A stretch of 64,000 nucleotides of DNA from Phoronis australis (Eukaryota > Animalia > Phoronida): the NCBI GenBank assembly GCA_002633005.1, contig NMRA01000644.1:1-64000 (forward strand). The letters run 5' to 3'. How positions within the stretch are numbered: position 1 is the first letter of the stretch; the number at the start of each line of letters is the position of its first letter. The position numbers and the translations under genes were made by a program. Shown here piece by piece: positions 25,001 through 59,440 of the stretch. Below the pieces are notes generated by a model. It was not told the origin of the DNA. It searched no databases and was given only the letters and a program-made list of their open reading frames with translations.

Positions 25001-26230
25001 TGCTCAAAATCACTATGCAGAATCTCGTGTCATGAAAGTTCAACATTATAACTTTCAAATTAATGGACTTTAGGACATCTCGACACTCTGACGGTTTTCA
25101 AGTCCTAATAGGACAACTGAAATTGTTTTTAAAATTACCCTATCAGTTTGAAGGTTAACGAATCTGTCAAGGAGGGGAGCTAGTTAGTCTGGAACTAGTT
25201 TGTAAATCTGTATGACCAGAAAGCAGTGATTCAAAGCCAATAACATCTGAGCTGCTAATTTTTAGTGGCAGTAAATCAAAATTTGAAAATGTAACATAAA
25301 GCGACAGTCTGGTGCACATTGCAAAACTTTGTTTCGATCTTTTCCAGAGGTACTGGCTCTTCCATGAAAAAGTTTCAAACAGGCAGCACGTGCATATACT
25401 TCCCGGAATATTTTGCTCAAAATCACTGTTTAGAACGCCGTGTCGTCAAAATTCTAGCATTTTGCTTTCGAACTGTTGGTCTTTGTGGCTTTTGTGGACT
25501 TGTAAACTTTTGTACACATCAATAATATGATTTCATACTTTTCACCCACACCTTTTCTCACGTGTAGATTTCGCATGAATTCATGTTGGATCTTCGTTTC
25601 CAGGGTGTTGACTTTGTTTGAACCTTATCGTAAGCACTTTGGATGACTAGTATTCCATTTGACGTCGCGAGCAGTCACCTTATACCACTAACAAGAATAA
25701 CACCAGAGCCAAAAGGCATGGTGCCTTTCAGCTATAAACATCCTGGAAGTTACATGCTTTGACTACTTATGTGTTCTCTAAGCAATAAAAGATTTACGTT
25801 TTTGTTTTGGAAAAACCAAGTGAAGATGTACTTACCAGTCATTCAGATATCCAACTTTATTCACATACACGGTTTCAAACCTGGTTTCAGAGTACAGTTG
25901 TGGAATTGGGTGATTTACTCAATCAGTTCGGGTGACCTGTGTTATATTCCTTCTCGGAGGTTAATGATTAATTTCATTTAATCTTGATTGCTTGATTTCA
26001 GTGACTGCCACTTGTCAAAACACTGGACTCTGATTGAGTTGTCTATCGTTAACATGCGGGACCACGGCGTTACAACCAGTTGCAGTGCACCAAATTTCCT
26101 GCAGTACCTCTAACACGATTGACAATAGAGTCTAAAAGTCGAATGGTGTCATTTTAATAAGAAGAGGTGGGATTTTTTTCCTCAAATTTGATGGACTTGG
26201 GTTCCCGTGGCTATCAACACCGTTAAGTAT

Positions 26231-29200
26231 CAATCCACGGATCCACCGACCACCGTACAGCCAACAAGCGGCAAGGTGGGGGGTCAACCATTCAGATCCA
26301 TGTTTAGTCTGATAAATCACATTAGGGATGAGAGAAAATGGGTGAAGTATGACACCACAAAGTTTGGTGGTTTAGGAGATACAAGAGAAGTGTTCTGGGG
26401 GGCAAAATGAGGCAATTTCTTGGTTTGGAATGAGTCATTTTTGACCAAATTTTCTACTCCAGTTTCTGCTTCAAACAGAATCGTTTCTGAACAATTTTGA
26501 TATCACATGATAGGTTGATGACCAATGTCAGTAAAAACGGCACCGACACTGCAATATCGGTTACCATGGTAACACTGGAACTGTTTCCGTGGAGGTACGT
26601 TTCCGTCTTGTGAAAAACCAGCAGTAAGCTGTACCCTTATAGCGAAGCTGCCCCCACGAGAAAACTAAAAATAATAACATGGACATGTAGAAGACTCCAT
26701 GCCCTTGAAATTAATACAATAAAAACTTTGTCAGCCCTTCAGGCAAGCTTGGTAATAGGTGTCTGAATTTCACTATTTTCAGACCGCGTATGTGTATTTG
26801 TCATGTTAAACCAGTCACTAGTTGTGCGCCGTTTCTTCGCATTAATATGCCGTGGTATAATACAACAATTAAAGCAATTGGTTTGCTTAAATGTTTTTAA
26901 TTAATTTTAAGGACACTAGCATTTCCCAATAAAATATGACATTATACTAAATTTGTTCATGCAATTCGTCTGAATACCAAACTAAAGCTTACAATGCGTT
27001 AGTTGAATGATGGCTGACCTAAAGTGCGGGTTTACGAATTTATCTATTTATCTGGCACTGCCAGTCGCATCAAATGTGATATTTCTACAAATTGCGGAGA
27101 GAAACAACTTTGGAAACTCTAGGGAAATGCACAAGGTATAGAGCGAGACATTTGAGCACCTTACAAGAGTATGTGGAGCTGATGTGGAGGTGGAACGTGT
27201 CCTCCTTCGTAGTCTGTCTCAGTGTCTGTCTGCCTCGGAGGCACTGTGTGCAGCAGGAGCTACATAATCTACCGTATTAGGTTCACTTGCCCGAATCATC
27301 GTTACTACAATCGAGATATATTGGCGTCGCCAAAGACACTTAGGACATCCACTGCACACTAGAGGAGAAGTCTGATAGAGGTCTGAAAAATGACCAAAGT
27401 CGTTCAAGGTTCAACGTCTTGCATCGTGTGACTGTGAGCTCAGGTAGGAATCACTAAACTCCAGGGTCTGACCCTGAGGAATATTTTTAGAAGCACGTCA
27501 TTCATGCAAAAATACTTTTATTGACACACCGTGATTGCTTATAACTTGGGCCTTATTGCTTAATCATATCTTATTCAAATGTGTTGATGTTTATGCAACT
27601 ACATGTATACATTGGCATAGAAAATAGGTAGTCATCATAACTTTTCATAACAACCACCAAATGTGAAACATGACTTCTGCCCATGAACTACTTTTAGAGA
27701 CTAGGGAGTATGTTTTGTCTACCAATGATTTTCTGCAATTATGAAGTTAATTAAACATGCTAAAGCCGTAAAAAATATTGGTGCCTTCACTTTAGCTTGG
27801 TATTCATATTTTGTGAGCCGAAATGGCCACATTAAATTTAATATGTTTAATTTTTCATTAATACAATTTTAGGAATCAGGAAAGGCTTATGCTGAAGAAG
27901 TGGCTTCTGCTGAAGTTGGAGACTTGCCGATTATTAGTAAAGGTTGGGTATGGAAAAGTTCACAACCAGCAAGAAGGTACCCTTCTGGACAACTAAGTGA
28001 GGGGGCTAGAGAGAGGCCGAAAAGTCTACTCCCAGAAGATATGTCAAAGAGAATTTGTAGCTTGAGGAACGAGTTGGGGAAAAAGTATTTGCCAAAGATT
28101 ACTGGCTTATACCACAACAGGTCCAAAGTAATTTGTTGAGATAGGCCACTTTCAGCAAATGTGGGGAAACTGGGACAGAGGAAGTGGAGTATGCATTGAA
28201 AGAGGCAATCTGCGATTGTCAAGGATGTAGCATTGTAAAAATTCAAAGGGAGGAAACAGTACAGTGGCTGGACCTGTAAATACTCTGGCTGATCTGCTAA
28301 ATCCAGTGGGGGCATTATTGTATCAGCACAGCTGTGTAGGGAAGTAGGCTTGTGTGTTGTCGCAAGCTTTGTTTGCACCAGAACTGCTTGTGTGAACAGC
28401 ACAAATCTAAAATTTACCTAGTCTAAGACTGAATTTTTCTCCAGGCACGGATCATGATCCTGGGCCACATGGTAATGGTACATTGTTCATTTTGTTTAGC
28501 CACTGGATTTTTTGATCTGACAGGATTTCTCAGTGTCGCCATCACATTTAGATGATTTCTGACCACTGTACTATTCCTTTTCCTTGAAGATGCGTAATTG
28601 ATCTGAATTTATGTTTCTGCATTTTATTTACCATTATAGATTTTTGTTTGTAAATGGGTATATATTACTGAAATTTGAGACCCTGTTGCAGTTAGGCTGG
28701 TTTTGTTAACTTATCTTTCTGCCTGGGTTGTAAACCCATATTCTGTCCAGGAGGTAATAAGTTTTAATTTAGACCATTTACCTCTATAAACTTTGCTCAG
28801 TTTGTTCCTTATCCAGATGGGAAGTGATTTCTGGAATTGTAGCGAATTGACAGTTTGCTATTCCTTGAGACCATGCTGTGTGTATAAAATCGCACACTAT
28901 TAGTCTGGTCTCTAGCAATTGCATATTGCCAGATCTTTCAAAGTTCTGAAATTGCTCAAAAGTGACCTGGAAGTAATACCTATTTCGTGATGGTAAAATA
29001 TCTAAATCAAAAGTTGTTTTATGTGATTTTAGGCGAGTTTATGTCCACTTCAAATGATTTTTTGTTGCAGTACTGAAAAGTATTGGCACATTAGCTCTGG
29101 TGGCTCCTTGTTTTTTTGGCGAATTGACCATTTTATGGTTCCCATGGGTAATTTTGTTACTGGTCTAGTATGTATGTACAACTGTAATCGTAGGGCAATT

Positions 29201-31251
29201 GTAATGCAAACCATGTTGCAAAAGTATTTTTTCATGACCATTTCATTGTAAAATGCTGCCTAATTGGAACCGACAAGCCAATTTTTCATTTTGTGGTGGT
29301 TAGTTTTGATAAGAACATTGATGTGGTAAATACAGCTACCTCAAGTTTGTGAAGAAGAGATTTCCAGTGTTGTCAGCGATATTGCGAAATCACTTTTTCG
29401 CAGTGAGACTACATCACCTTAAATGTAATTCCCTGACTTTATGAGCTTTGTGTGGTTGACTCTGTCCTGTAGCAAATTGAGTGTTGAAAAGATCTAGAAG
29501 GCAATTTTTTATTAGAGTCATAACATTTGCACTTTTGACTGTACAGTTATCTTTGCATTGTATTACGAAAACATATTTTGTAGTACACAAGTCTCTGGTT
29601 GGTATTTTATATTTTTTCACAAGGAATATTTTCAACTTAGATGAGTTGTCTGTGAGGTAGGCAATTTTCAAATAAGATAATGAATAAAATTGTCAAACAT
29701 TGTTTTATTTTTAGATGTGTGATCTTCCAATAAGTGATTACTTTTAAAAAACCTGTGCAGAATTTGATTTTTACTCTTCATTTGAAGGAGAATAAATCCA
29801 TAAACCTGCATTGTCTAGAAATTTTACTCAAACTACATATTACAGGGTTGGGGATTGGAATCTTAATACAACAGAGTCTGAACCCGTACCATGAGCAATA
29901 CAACACAATACACGGATATAAAAATTTGGTGTTTAGGTTCCACGGAAAGGATTCGTGTGCGCGGTAATAGTTACTAAGGTGCGTGGTCATTGTTTGTGGA
30001 TACTTTGGGATTCCTCTTCTGTGGTCATCCACGGGAAACCTGGTCGCATAGAGAACAATAGATTAGCATCTTCATTGTTTCCGTTGTTATAATAAAGATA
30101 TAATGACGAGCACTTATCGGCAACGGTCTGATGTACGCAAGGTTCTATATCCATGCGACCTGTGTTGTTACATCCAACAATGACACAACAAAGGAAAACA
30201 ATGATAGGACCGATGGGCGAAAAACATGCGACGAGTTGCCATGGACAGTGGTGGAGTTTGTCTTGTCATTCGAATGTTTTTACAGAACTGCAAACCCGGT
30301 ATTTCGTCAGGAAAATTTCTGCGGTCTTTTGTTTTAAGTCGTGGGAAAAATTGCGGTCATGCAACCAAACTTATCCTTCATTTGATATTACAATGCATTG
30401 CATGAACATTTGATCAACAGAAAATCTGACTTGAATATGTGTGAAGAAATACCCATGAGGAAATTGCAAAGTAAAACAACTGTAAATCAAAATAACCTAC
30501 ATTTGTCGAGTTCATGTCTAACCCTGTTCACTGTGGAGGACATAATCGGCTTTTTACAAAAGGGAGCCATGTATGGTATTTAGGGGTACTATAGCCCTAA
30601 GTGATCAGTAGTAAAACGTTCAAAACGTTCAGGAGGAACTAACTTGTTGCAAAATATCGAAAAACATGAAGGAAAATCGGATTTTACGGTGCTCACGCAT
30701 CGATCGCAGATATATGAAAATTTCTCATTTTAGTACATTTGAGGTGCCAAAATATATAACTAATAAACTGGCTGACAAAGTTTTTATTTTATGAAATGAA
30801 AGTAACATGTTTTGTCAACATTTTGGCTAAGTTTCATTCTCATAACAGTGGGGGCAGATTTGGTACAGCAGTGTACCGAACACAACCTCAAAATGGCATA
30901 ACGGGGGGCAGTGTAGTAAAACTACTAAATGAGGGCGGTAAATCGGAATCGTGTTTCAAGGCATCTGTGTAACAATCTACAGGCACCACTAAACAATACC
31001 AAGTGAATAATAAATCAATAGCTTTCATTCAAGGAAAAAGATGAACAGTTAAATCTGGACAGTTTTATACCGTGAAAATATGGCTGCGAAGCCATAAAAT
31101 GTTTTTGAGCCTATAACTTTAGAAAAACGCAATATTTTGAGGAAATATTTTACCGCTGCTTATAGATCCCATAGGACTACCTATGTGCCAAATTTGGTGA
31201 AAATCGGCTGACCCCCACCTTGCCGCTCATGGCTGGTGCTCTCGTGGACTA
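26231..31251. mobile_element. Possible DNA transposon of about 5 kb bounded by imperfect TIRs (Academ-like TAGTCCACG terminus)
   Basis: CAGCCAACAAGCGGCAAGGTGGGGGGTCAACC (26258-89) is an imperfect inverse of GGCTGACCCCCACCTTGCCGCTCATGGCTG (31206-35). The right end is ...CTCGTGGACTA. Confidence 0.45.
27280..28150 (+). pseudogene. Decayed, intron-containing transposase C-terminal fragment (Sola2-like)
   Basis: FTCP..RHLGH precedes a GTAGG donor and a TTTTAG acceptor (~27872). The next exon reads LPIISKGWVWKSS...PEDMSKRICSLRNELGKKY...WLIPQQVQS, resembling the GWALK...MR..R...G...F...LT.QQI.S segment I associate with Sola2 transposases. Confidence 0.5.
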
Positions 31252-31269
31252 GTACTTAATATCTAATAC

Positions 31270-32200
31270 AACAAATCTTCAAATGGCGCAAGACCAGATG
31301 GTGTACTAACGGGCAACCTTTTCAATGTGGACACGGGTGGACTTGGTTCACTTTTGAATGATTGTATACACGGAATTGTCTGTGTAGTAGCTCCTTGTGT
31401 ACATCAATACTTTCATGTATGCCGATGATCTTTTTCTGTTGTCACCTTCAGTTGTTGGTCTTTTTGAACTTCTTGCAGTATGTGGTTTAACACAAGATCT
31501 TTAATCACTATCAGCGGATGGTACTGTTATGTGTTTTACAAGTAAATTGTTAGGAAGCCCTGTTTTAATTAACTGCTTTTATTATGGTGAACCTTTAAAA
31601 GTCGTAAAAGAGATTGAATATTTGGGGATATAATTATGAATGACTACGATGTCTCACGTTGACGAAGAAAATTATATGCTCACGCCTACTCTGTAACTAA
31701 AAAATTTCATGTGTGCAGTCTCCCTGTAAAAAATCAGTTGCTTATCTCTTTCTGGGATCCAATACATAGCCCCCACCCGTTTATGGATTTTCAACATGTT
31801 TAATATCTCATATCTTTATGTGTTCAAGTGTTTCATAGGTTTTCTAAATTTGAAAGTACCAGTGATGTATGTACTTTTGATGCCGAGTTTTGTAAATTGA
31901 CTCTACGAATATGTACATACCGATTTTGATGTCATCTTCGTGACATTTCTAATGTCATTATCTCTGTTACGAATGAAACCGATTTTAAGTTCTCTTCTAC
32001 AATCCATACATTTTGGAATAAGTCACAGTGTCCATGTAACTCATAGTCATGCAGTTTGTAACAGGGTTTATACTTTAAAATCTTTTTAGTATTAGTTAAC
32101 CTTTGTTAAATATTTCAGTAAGTTTTTTTAAGCATTAGTTTCATCTAAAGCCAATTTTTATGCTGCGTTGTTACATATATTCAAAATACTTCAGCAATAA
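31270..32200 (+). mobile_element. Degenerate LINE RT fragment (RTEX/Proto2-like)
   Basis: SNGARPDGVLTGNLFNV ... FMYADDLFLLSPSVVGL..LLAVC, later followed by RKLYAHAYSVTKKFHVCSLPVKNQL. Confidence 0.75.
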
Positions 32201-35200
32201 AGTTTATGATATCACTTCATACCCAAATATTTTTATTGAGTATCAACGAAGCAGTAACCCGGGTACATGTTGCAATGTAGCATACATGTGATTGACATGA
32301 GGTTCTGGGTTCAAGACAACGTGATTGCCATGGAAATCTTCAAATGTGGCATGATTAGTAAAAGAACTCAGAAGAAAGGCATTCCATTGAATGACATAAA
32401 TAACCTTTTGGGTATATTTACCAACAACATTCACCGAACTGGCATTTCATTACGTAATGTACATAGAGCGATATCGTGCTGTTATATCAAGAGGGATCAA
32501 AGTAAAAACACTTACAAAAACTCTATTTATTACCTCAAAAAGAGACTGGTTACGGGAAAGGGTATTGACCAAGAAGAAGCCCAGGTACATGTTGCAAAGT
32601 AGCATGAATGTAGTTCATTTCAAGTTCAGGGTAAAAAACGAGATAATTGTAGTGGGAATTATCAAACTAAGTATGATTACTAAACAACAGTCGGCAGAAG
32701 GATATTCAATGAATGACATAAATAAGCAATAACACGTTTTTGTATGGCAACGGCAACGGCAACGGCAACGGCAATTTGTACATATATTTGGTATGGATAA
32801 GTAGAATATTGCGTAAGGAAACAGTTGATGATGATCCCTGTGCATTTTGAAAAAAACTTCGAGGTAAAATTGGATTTTTTGAAAATTAAAAAATACGATT
32901 TTTAAAAAAAAACGAACTACAAAAAAACAAACTTTTTTTCGTTTTTTGTCACTTTCACAGTCATGTTTAACTATTTAAAACTCCCTTTTTACTCATTTTA
33001 GTTAGGAACATGGAGATTTGATCAGTGTATACACTTATCTTAAAACCAAATAGATATTGAAACAAAATAGGACTAAAGTGAATTTATTACATAATTTTCA
33101 TTTTAAGCAACTACTCTAGCTTGCTACATAGCTTATCATGCTAACTAGCTTCCACCGTAAAAATAGCATCTGTCAAAGTAGGTTACCACTGGTTACTGAG
33201 TTTAATGTCCAAGTCAAAGCATCCCGACCATACGTTAATCGCATTCAAACTGGAGATCGATGATTTTCAGAGAAAATGAGAGATAAATTTTACTGAATTA
33301 AAGACGTCATTTCTATTGAAATTTTGCGTATTACTTTTCATAGAGTATAAATTTCGGTACAATGCTGTTTGTTGAACATGCAATTGTTGCCCTTGGTCAT
33401 TTAAAGTCCTTCTCTCAAACTGCCCATGTGGTTCCAGTATCCGAAAATACTTACTACATAAAATCTTATCTTCGACACCCTTTCTTTATATTCTTTTCGC
33501 CTTTCTTGCCAAAAGCGATTTTTGAACAGTATTTGACCCTTCTTTCTGTGCGTATGATTACCGGTTGTCATCGGTTATTTCCGTACCCACATTTCCGGCT
33601 CAACAGTTCAGGAACTTGTCCTGAACGCCGCCATTTTTTCCTTGTAACTGAATGTGCTATCGCTTGCTCGAAAAGTCTTCATTATTTTGTTTTATTAGTA
33701 ATATCTCGTGATTCGTTTGCATATGTAGTGTATTTATAGTTTGTAGTTAGTGGTCGTTGATTTTTTTTGGAATGTTATGCGTACTTAGTATGTTAAAATA
33801 CCATTGGTGTTTAGTTCCTTACGTAGGCCGATCGAACCTAGGAACCAATATGAGTCGAACCAATTTTTTTCGGTTTTATTTTTTTTACGCGTTTTGAAAA
33901 AGTACTTTGCTATCATCGGAAAGGTAGAGCATTCTACTCAGTAAAATCGAAAAAGTATCAAAATCGGGGCAAGCAGTGTAAAGTTATTGCAAGTTTTGTG
34001 GCGAAATTTGGGTCATTTTGTTTGGATCGCGTCGGCCATATTGGAGGACAGCGGGATAACTTTCGAGTTCAAAAATTTGTGTAAATTGTTTTCGCCAACA
34101 AATTACGGTGAAATTTAGTTAGACATATCTTTACTTACTATTCTGCACGATTTAACAGTTTTCACCAAATTTCAGCCTCGCAGTTGTTACTCATTACTGT
34201 AAGTGATAAATGTGCTCACAATTCCCGTTGAACTTCGTCTCATTTCTGGCGGCACCGACAACAAGGCGACTTTTGCTGAACTGAAAGGCATGTTCAATCG
34301 GCTACTTTGTAATTTGTGAAGATTTAACGTTGATACATTTTGACAAAAGTTACAAAAAAGAAACTTTGTTCATTTTTGTGTTTTTGTGCAAAAATATAAG
34401 ATGTACTAACCAGCCCGTAATTTCATGCAAGTATCTGAAACTACCCTTGAATATACATGTATGCAGCATTTATGATTTGACCATTTTACTTCCACAAAAC
34501 AGCTTGCAACCGCATGCGTTTACCGTTCGCCAGTGTCTGGTCTCGATCGGCACCGGGTCCGATAGGCTGCGGCCACGATTCTGGCAAAATAATTTCTGTC
34601 AAAATTTATTCGCCACATTTCTTCAGCAAATTCGATAAAATTGTCCGTATTTTGATTTTATTAAAATTAAGACGCGATGTCGATTATTTTATCCCCGTTT
34701 ACAGGCTGGTAACAGGCACTCACACTGACGGCGTTTTCTTAGCCTGGGTTCCTGAATAAATTGTACTTCCGGGTTCGCGGCAAGTTCAAAATGGCGGTGG
34801 TTCTTCGGGTGCGAATCGTGAGTGGAGCGTTCATTTAAACTTTTTTTCGACTACGGATCGTGTATTAGTTATGGGGTAGGTACTTCTTGGATCCTTATAA
34901 CATCCTCTAACCATGTAATAAGGGTTAACAACGCGTGAGAGAAGGACTTTAAGTAATTTATTTTCACGTGCGGTGACGTCAGCCGCTGAGTGGTGCAGTG
35001 GTAAAGTGGACATCCCGAAACTCTAGCGGTTTCCCGCCAAACTGTTATTTAATGCAGCTTAATAACTGAATGGGTTATTTAACGGTTGTATTAGGCATTC
35101 GAGGCTGATACTGTGGTATAAAGAAGGATATCGATAAACTCTCTTTGCAACATTCAACAGCGGCTTAATTGCACTTTGAAAATATGCACTTCAGCTCACG

Positions 35201-37840
35201 CAATCTTTCCCACACGCAGTCTCGGGTATTTACGCTTTTTCGTCTCTGTGTAGATGGCGCAGTAGTCAACCACCCCCTCATTAGCATATCAAATTTACAT
35301 CCTGGTGTTACTGAAGAAATGATGTTGGTCGCCAATTACATCTAGAGACTGTAGCTCAACATCATCTTTAGACTTGGAAAGAAGCTTTATGGCCCCTTAT
35401 CCCTGTGACGTAGATGATTTCTTTGCTAAAACTATATTCAAATGCTTCAAGTAAAGCTTTTTGTCTGAAACAATGATAAAGCCCGTGTTTTCCTCGAGAC
35501 CCTATCATTTTTACACATTTATAAAACTTCAAATCATTCCCCTCTGGTTAAGGGTCATGGTTCGTGATAGGGGTTGTGAAAACAGTGAACTAATAATAAG
35601 TCATTTCTGACATAATTTAAGCATCACCTTTTATTTGTTGCCCATCTTTACTTTTAAGGATGTTTTTTTCTCAAACAAATAAAAAATGAGCTACTTTCAG
35701 TTAACCGAGCCATCTAACTTTTTATCATTTGCCCATGAACTAACTCTGATTTTGTAATAATTGCACATGAGTTCTTGCCCTTTTCAACTTCTGAAGAATT
35801 CCGTCATCAACTCTCTACTTTCACTTAATTCCCCGGTTAAGCTATTGATAATTTCAATCAATTTTTCATCTCCAAGATTTTCTAAGTTCTTTTTTATCTT
35901 CAAGTTGTTCATGGTATATTCCCTTATTTCTATTTTAACCATTTTCAGCTTCTTATAACATAACTCTTCAATGCAGACACTTAATAATTTTTGAAGTTTG
36001 TCTCATTTTTGTCTTCGATGTGTACCCCTAACCTAGCTTTTTCAAATTCATAATGTCTATAGTATTTCTTTCTCTTTCGTCTCTTCCGTCTGTTTTAACC
36101 TCCTCGCTTCAGCATTAAATCCTTTTCCTCTAACTTTAAATTAAATTGCAATTCCAACTCCATCCGCCTCATTTACAACTCAAGGTGCATCTGTTCTTTT
36201 TATAACCTACAGTAATATCAACTGCAGTGGAACCAATTTAGCAACCAACCCGGACAAGAACATGTTCTTCAAACAAGCCTTCATCTAAAAAGTGCTCACC
36301 TATTAATCTAGCAAATTTCGGTTTTCCTACAACTAGCTATCACATAGTTGAGTTGTAATTTGTCAGTTATAGACAGTAATTAAGACTCCTTACACAAACA
36401 AAGGTTTTCAGTCGTTGGCGATGCTGAAAAACTATTAATGTTCATTAGTTACCGCTCGTATTTGAACAAGTACAATTATTCACAAAGTAGTTAAACTCCA
36501 CGTAGTTTTCTGGTATGTCCGCTGAGAATTCCCATATGCCATCGCAAATGAACAATCACAATCAGTTTTAAAATAGTTTAATGAAGCCTGACACGGACAA
36601 AACAGCTTTCATCTAACTAACATTACAGCAACTGGAGCATAACTTTATTAAACATCCAAAGCAAGTGTCCACGCGAAAGTCTGGGCCTCAACAAGTTGTC
36701 CACCGGAGTCTAGAGCTGGAAATCCAGGGTGTCCGAGACTTGAAATATTACGAGCACGCAGTAGTTGTGACCTCCAGGGAGAATTTTCCTGCCCCATATA
36801 GGATTCTTATGCACAACATAGTGAGAGAACACCCACTTTAATCCCTGCACCTCAATGCAGCCACCACCTGCACTACCAATATGCAGTTCTAGATTGTTCT
36901 GTAACAGTTCATGTCCAGCATGGGCACACCTTATAATAAAATACATGTACCGGAGTACTATTGGAACAAGTGTCATCTGGCGCCAAAAATTATAAAAGTA
37001 ATGCAAGATACACTGGTAACTAATTGTTAGCCACTATATCAAATTCAGATACGCTGCGTGCAAACTATGATGTGCCCTCAAGCGTTAAAACAAAGCAAAC
37101 GCACGATGTACAAAAGAAGATTGGAGCGTATTCGACACACAAGAACACAACAATGAAGTTCTTCGTGATCTTTCTTCTTCTCCAAGAGGTGAGTGTTATG
37201 GAAATATCATTGGTGGTTTGTGGATGTTCACGCTTGAAGTCATAGGCATACACCTCGGGTTCACAACTATCTCGATTATTATGTTTCGATATGGGTATTT
37301 TCAATGGTTTAAATTTTCTCAGTTCTTAGTTGTTACACAATTGTACTTGACAACGGGTTTGGAACCCAAAGTGTTATTTTGGCGCTTCCATAAGAGTCAC
37401 GGTAGTTTTGTCGTAATTCCAATTCATTTATTTTGCTTATTGTTTATTACGCGTGCGTTAAAAGCTTCTACACATTCAGGCAATGAAGTACATTAGATAA
37501 CGAACGAAGTCGTCCGCCGAAGACTTGATTTTTGTCAAAAAGGCAGCATGGACCGACCGTAACGGCGCCAAAATATGTTCACAATGATTCCAANGTTCAT
37601 GTCCAGCATGGGCACACCTTATAATAAAATACATGTACCGGAGTACTATTGAAACAAGTGTCATCTGGCGCCAAAAATTATAAAAGTAATGCAAGATATA
37701 CTGGTAACTAATTGTTTGCCACTATATCAAATTCAGATACGCTGCGTGCAAACTATGATGTGCCCTCAAGCGTTAAAACAAAGCAAACGCACGATGTACA
37801 AAAGAAGATTGGAACGTATTCGACACACAAGAACACAACA

Positions 37841-58952
<21,112 letters not shown>

Positions 58953-59187
58953 ACGAATTGTCATGTACAGGAAATGGACTTGACTATGGAAATAAAGATG
59001 GCTGTTATAACGCATGTCTTTCAGCATGCGCGCACCCAGGGAGGCCTCGGGGGGCTCCATTTGGCGAAGTGGGTAAAAAGGTCCGCCTCCGAGAGACAAA
59101 AAGTCCGAGAAAATGTGGCATAAGTCCATTAAACATGCGCAAACGCGCAATTCACAGTGGTGCACCCGTTTTTTTGTATTTTTTTTT

Positions 59188-59440
59188 NNNNNNNNNNNNN
59201 NNNNNNNNNNNNNNNNNNNNNNNNNNNNNNNNNNNNNNNNNNNNNNNNNNNNNNNNNNNNNNNNNNNNNNNNNNNNNNNNNNNNNNNNNNNNNNNNNNNN
59301 NNNNNNNNNNNNNNNNNNNNNNNNNNNNNNNNNNNNNNNNNNNNNNNNNNNNNNNNNNNNNNNNNNNNNNNNNNNNNNNNNNNNNNNNNNNNNNNNNNNN
59401 NNNNNNNNNNNNNNNNNNNNNNNNNNNNNNNNNNNNNNNN
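59188..59440. other. Assembly gap (N run)
   Basis: Read directly from the sequence. Confidence 1.

Larger units (their letters stand above)
2400..26110 (+). repeat. Tandem macrosatellite of about 12 units (1.7-2.0 kb) derived from the RNase H-integrase region of a Ty3/Gypsy pol gene
   Basis: The unit marker GCAG(A/C)TG recurs at ~3305 (diverged), 9285, ~10965 (partly deleted), 16704, 18642, 20622, 22327 and 24375 (spacings 1938, 1980, 1705, 2048 between the last five). Motifs appear in pol order through frameshifts: D(A/G)TTRG(V)-GAVL, KLTLLAFH, AWILSR, IYSPGIQASVFVHVRC, NILI.D(H/Q), SRVIQEL, SPNVLMFG, LKVHDE. Confidence 0.85.

Noticed and set aside
2400-26110. CRISPR-like array or tandem gene cluster
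   Set aside because: Units are about 2 kb and homologous along their whole length, with no short repeat/unique spacer structure and no intact ORFs. The context is eukaryotic.
27887-28402. 171-aa minus-strand ORF
   Set aside because: It is antisense to the + strand transposase-like remnant and has no motif of its own.
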